Origin: Calcarisporiella thermophila CBS 279.70
Taxonomy: Eukaryota > Fungi > Calcarisporiellomycota
Length of the DNA stretch: 64,000 bases
Reading direction: 5' to 3'
NCBI RefSeq assembly: GCF_041956535.1
Contig: NW_027192193.1
Coordinates: forward strand, 281,288-345,287
The translations under genes and the position numbers were made by a program. Under the pieces are notes generated by a model. The model was not told the origin of the DNA and did not search any database. It saw only the letters and a list, made by a program, of their open reading frames with translations. Of this stretch, positions 62,623 through 64,000 are shown in pieces (within the stretch, counting starts at the first letter, position 1; each line of letters opens with the position of its first letter).

Positions 62623-63268
62623 TCCTAAAACTAGTTTATAATTAACGTCGGAGCTTGAATATTTTGAGATAGCGTAATATATGACTTGAATTATGACCAA
62701 CTCTGTGTTACGGGCGAAAGGAGGTTTGTGTGGAGGGGTATCCGGATCTTGATAGAAATAAGAGATTTATCTTAATTATTCAGGGAATTGGTGTTGAACA
62801 TTAAAATAAACCGAAGGGTTTAAATAGAATTATGATCAAAGGAGAATAATTCTCACTGGTGTTCAAAGATGAGATAGATAAGACAACAAAGTATCAATCA
62901 ACATCAATAGGATAGCCATGAGGGAGTATAAGAGTAACCACGAGGGGTCGGCAACGTAGCGGTAATCAATTCCATTGGCTGCTCTACTTGAAAGATATCG
63001 CGCTTTCTGAATTTTTTTGATCAATCAATGGAAACTTTTTATTTAATTTCCATATATTACATGAAGTTAATGTCAATGGACTTAACATGACGAGATATAG
63101 GTCATTGATAGATAGGCGTTCAATCGATATGCGTGGATCGTAGTTGTCGTGAATAGCATGTACGTGAAACCGATGTAATCTTTGTACTTATCGTAGGAGC
63201 GATCTTTTCAATAATCAAGACTCAATTTCTGATCAAGTGGACAGCAGTCACAAACTAAGTGTAAGTGC

Positions 63269-63346
63269 TGGTGGGGGAAGTGGGATTCGAACCCACGCCG
63301 TTCTCGTCGGCATACCAGGGATAGTCCACTACACTAACCCTCCCCC
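63269..63346 (-). pseudogene. Second tRNA-Gly(GCC)-like sequence with encoded 3' CCA
   Basis: Acceptor GGGGGAG/TTCCCCC, T stem GTGGG/CCCAC, B box, imperfect anticodon arm around GCC, ends A-CCA. Confidence 0.65.
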
Positions 63347-64000
63347 TCTTGAATAAACCTATAGTTTTACCTATGTTCCCCGAGTATCCCCTAGTTATAT
63401 CGCTCTAGTTTATGACATCATGTTGTGAGGAAATTTGGCACAATATTTAATATTATACGGTTGTTTATTACGCCAACCTTATTTTATGATAACTTTATTA
63501 TATTGAGATGATGCCATTTTATTACTTATATTATTTATATTTTTCCCTATGTGATACGTTAACAACAGTATAAAAAGACCGATATTTCATTTACAATAAA
63601 AGACGTGCTATTTTGTATTGAGATAGAACCGGATACGTTTCAAACCACCATCTTGTGTCGTTTATTAGTCTTCTGAAGTGTTTAAGGAAGGACAATCAAG
63701 AGCTTAGGGATAGCTAGAGGATTGTCGGGATAGACCTTATTAGACATATATTCGACGCAACAAATTTCGTGTGCTCAAGATAGTTTAAGGAGATATTTGA
63801 AAAGAGATTGAAAATATAAAGAAACTAATAATACTCTTGTTACTTCTTGTCCTTACAACACTTAAGATCTAAAGACTATTTATACACTTAAATTACGTAA
63901 AGTAAGTCACAGAAAATATAATCCGAAGGCTGAACCAAAGTCTCGCTACGGAATATTAAATAGTAACAAACTATTGTCCGTGAAACCGCTTTTTTTTTTG

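Noticed and set aside
61804-62700. ORFs spanning the second N gap
   Set aside because: Artefacts of N translation; the 5' part runs through the tRNA-like sequence
1-64000. CRISPR arrays, rRNA, prokaryotic operons or endosymbiont DNA
   Set aside because: None seen; genes, including the NRPS and GSI-like ligase, carry spliceosomal introns

Overview
Gene-dense eukaryotic scaffold with short GT-AG introns, from an early-diverging fungus (Mucoromycota/Zoopagomycota-like by Rho1 and eEF1A signatures; the taxon is not determinable from this window). It has two N gaps. About 23 protein genes are supported: Sen1 (3' part), a small secreted Cys-rich protein, a GPI-type chitin deacetylase, an ACAD10/11-like acyl-CoA dehydrogenase, an MFSD6-like transporter, a fasciclin, Atp12, Ost1, a C2/Pro-rich Fic1/Inn1-like protein, AP beta adaptin, a GSI-like gamma-glutamyl ligase, Rho1, Ufd2, Scs2/VAP, a Rax1-like protein and several unknowns. 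Two tiny multi-exon genes missing from the ORF track were reconstructed by hand (TOM5, SERF). The most unusual part is an AT-rich accessory block (~29-40 kb) bounded by Ty3/gypsy remnants. It holds a 5'-truncated NRPS with one internal stop and the architecture (A)-T-E*-C-A-T-T-FSH1, i.e. a fused LovG/FSH1-type hydrolase in place of a normal TE. About 5 kb downstream lies an intact but strongly divergent eEF1A paralog (candidate self-resistance or non-translational copy). Two degenerate tRNA-Gly(GCC)-like sequences with covarying stems lie at the window end. All calls come from manual reading of motifs; no database searches were run.
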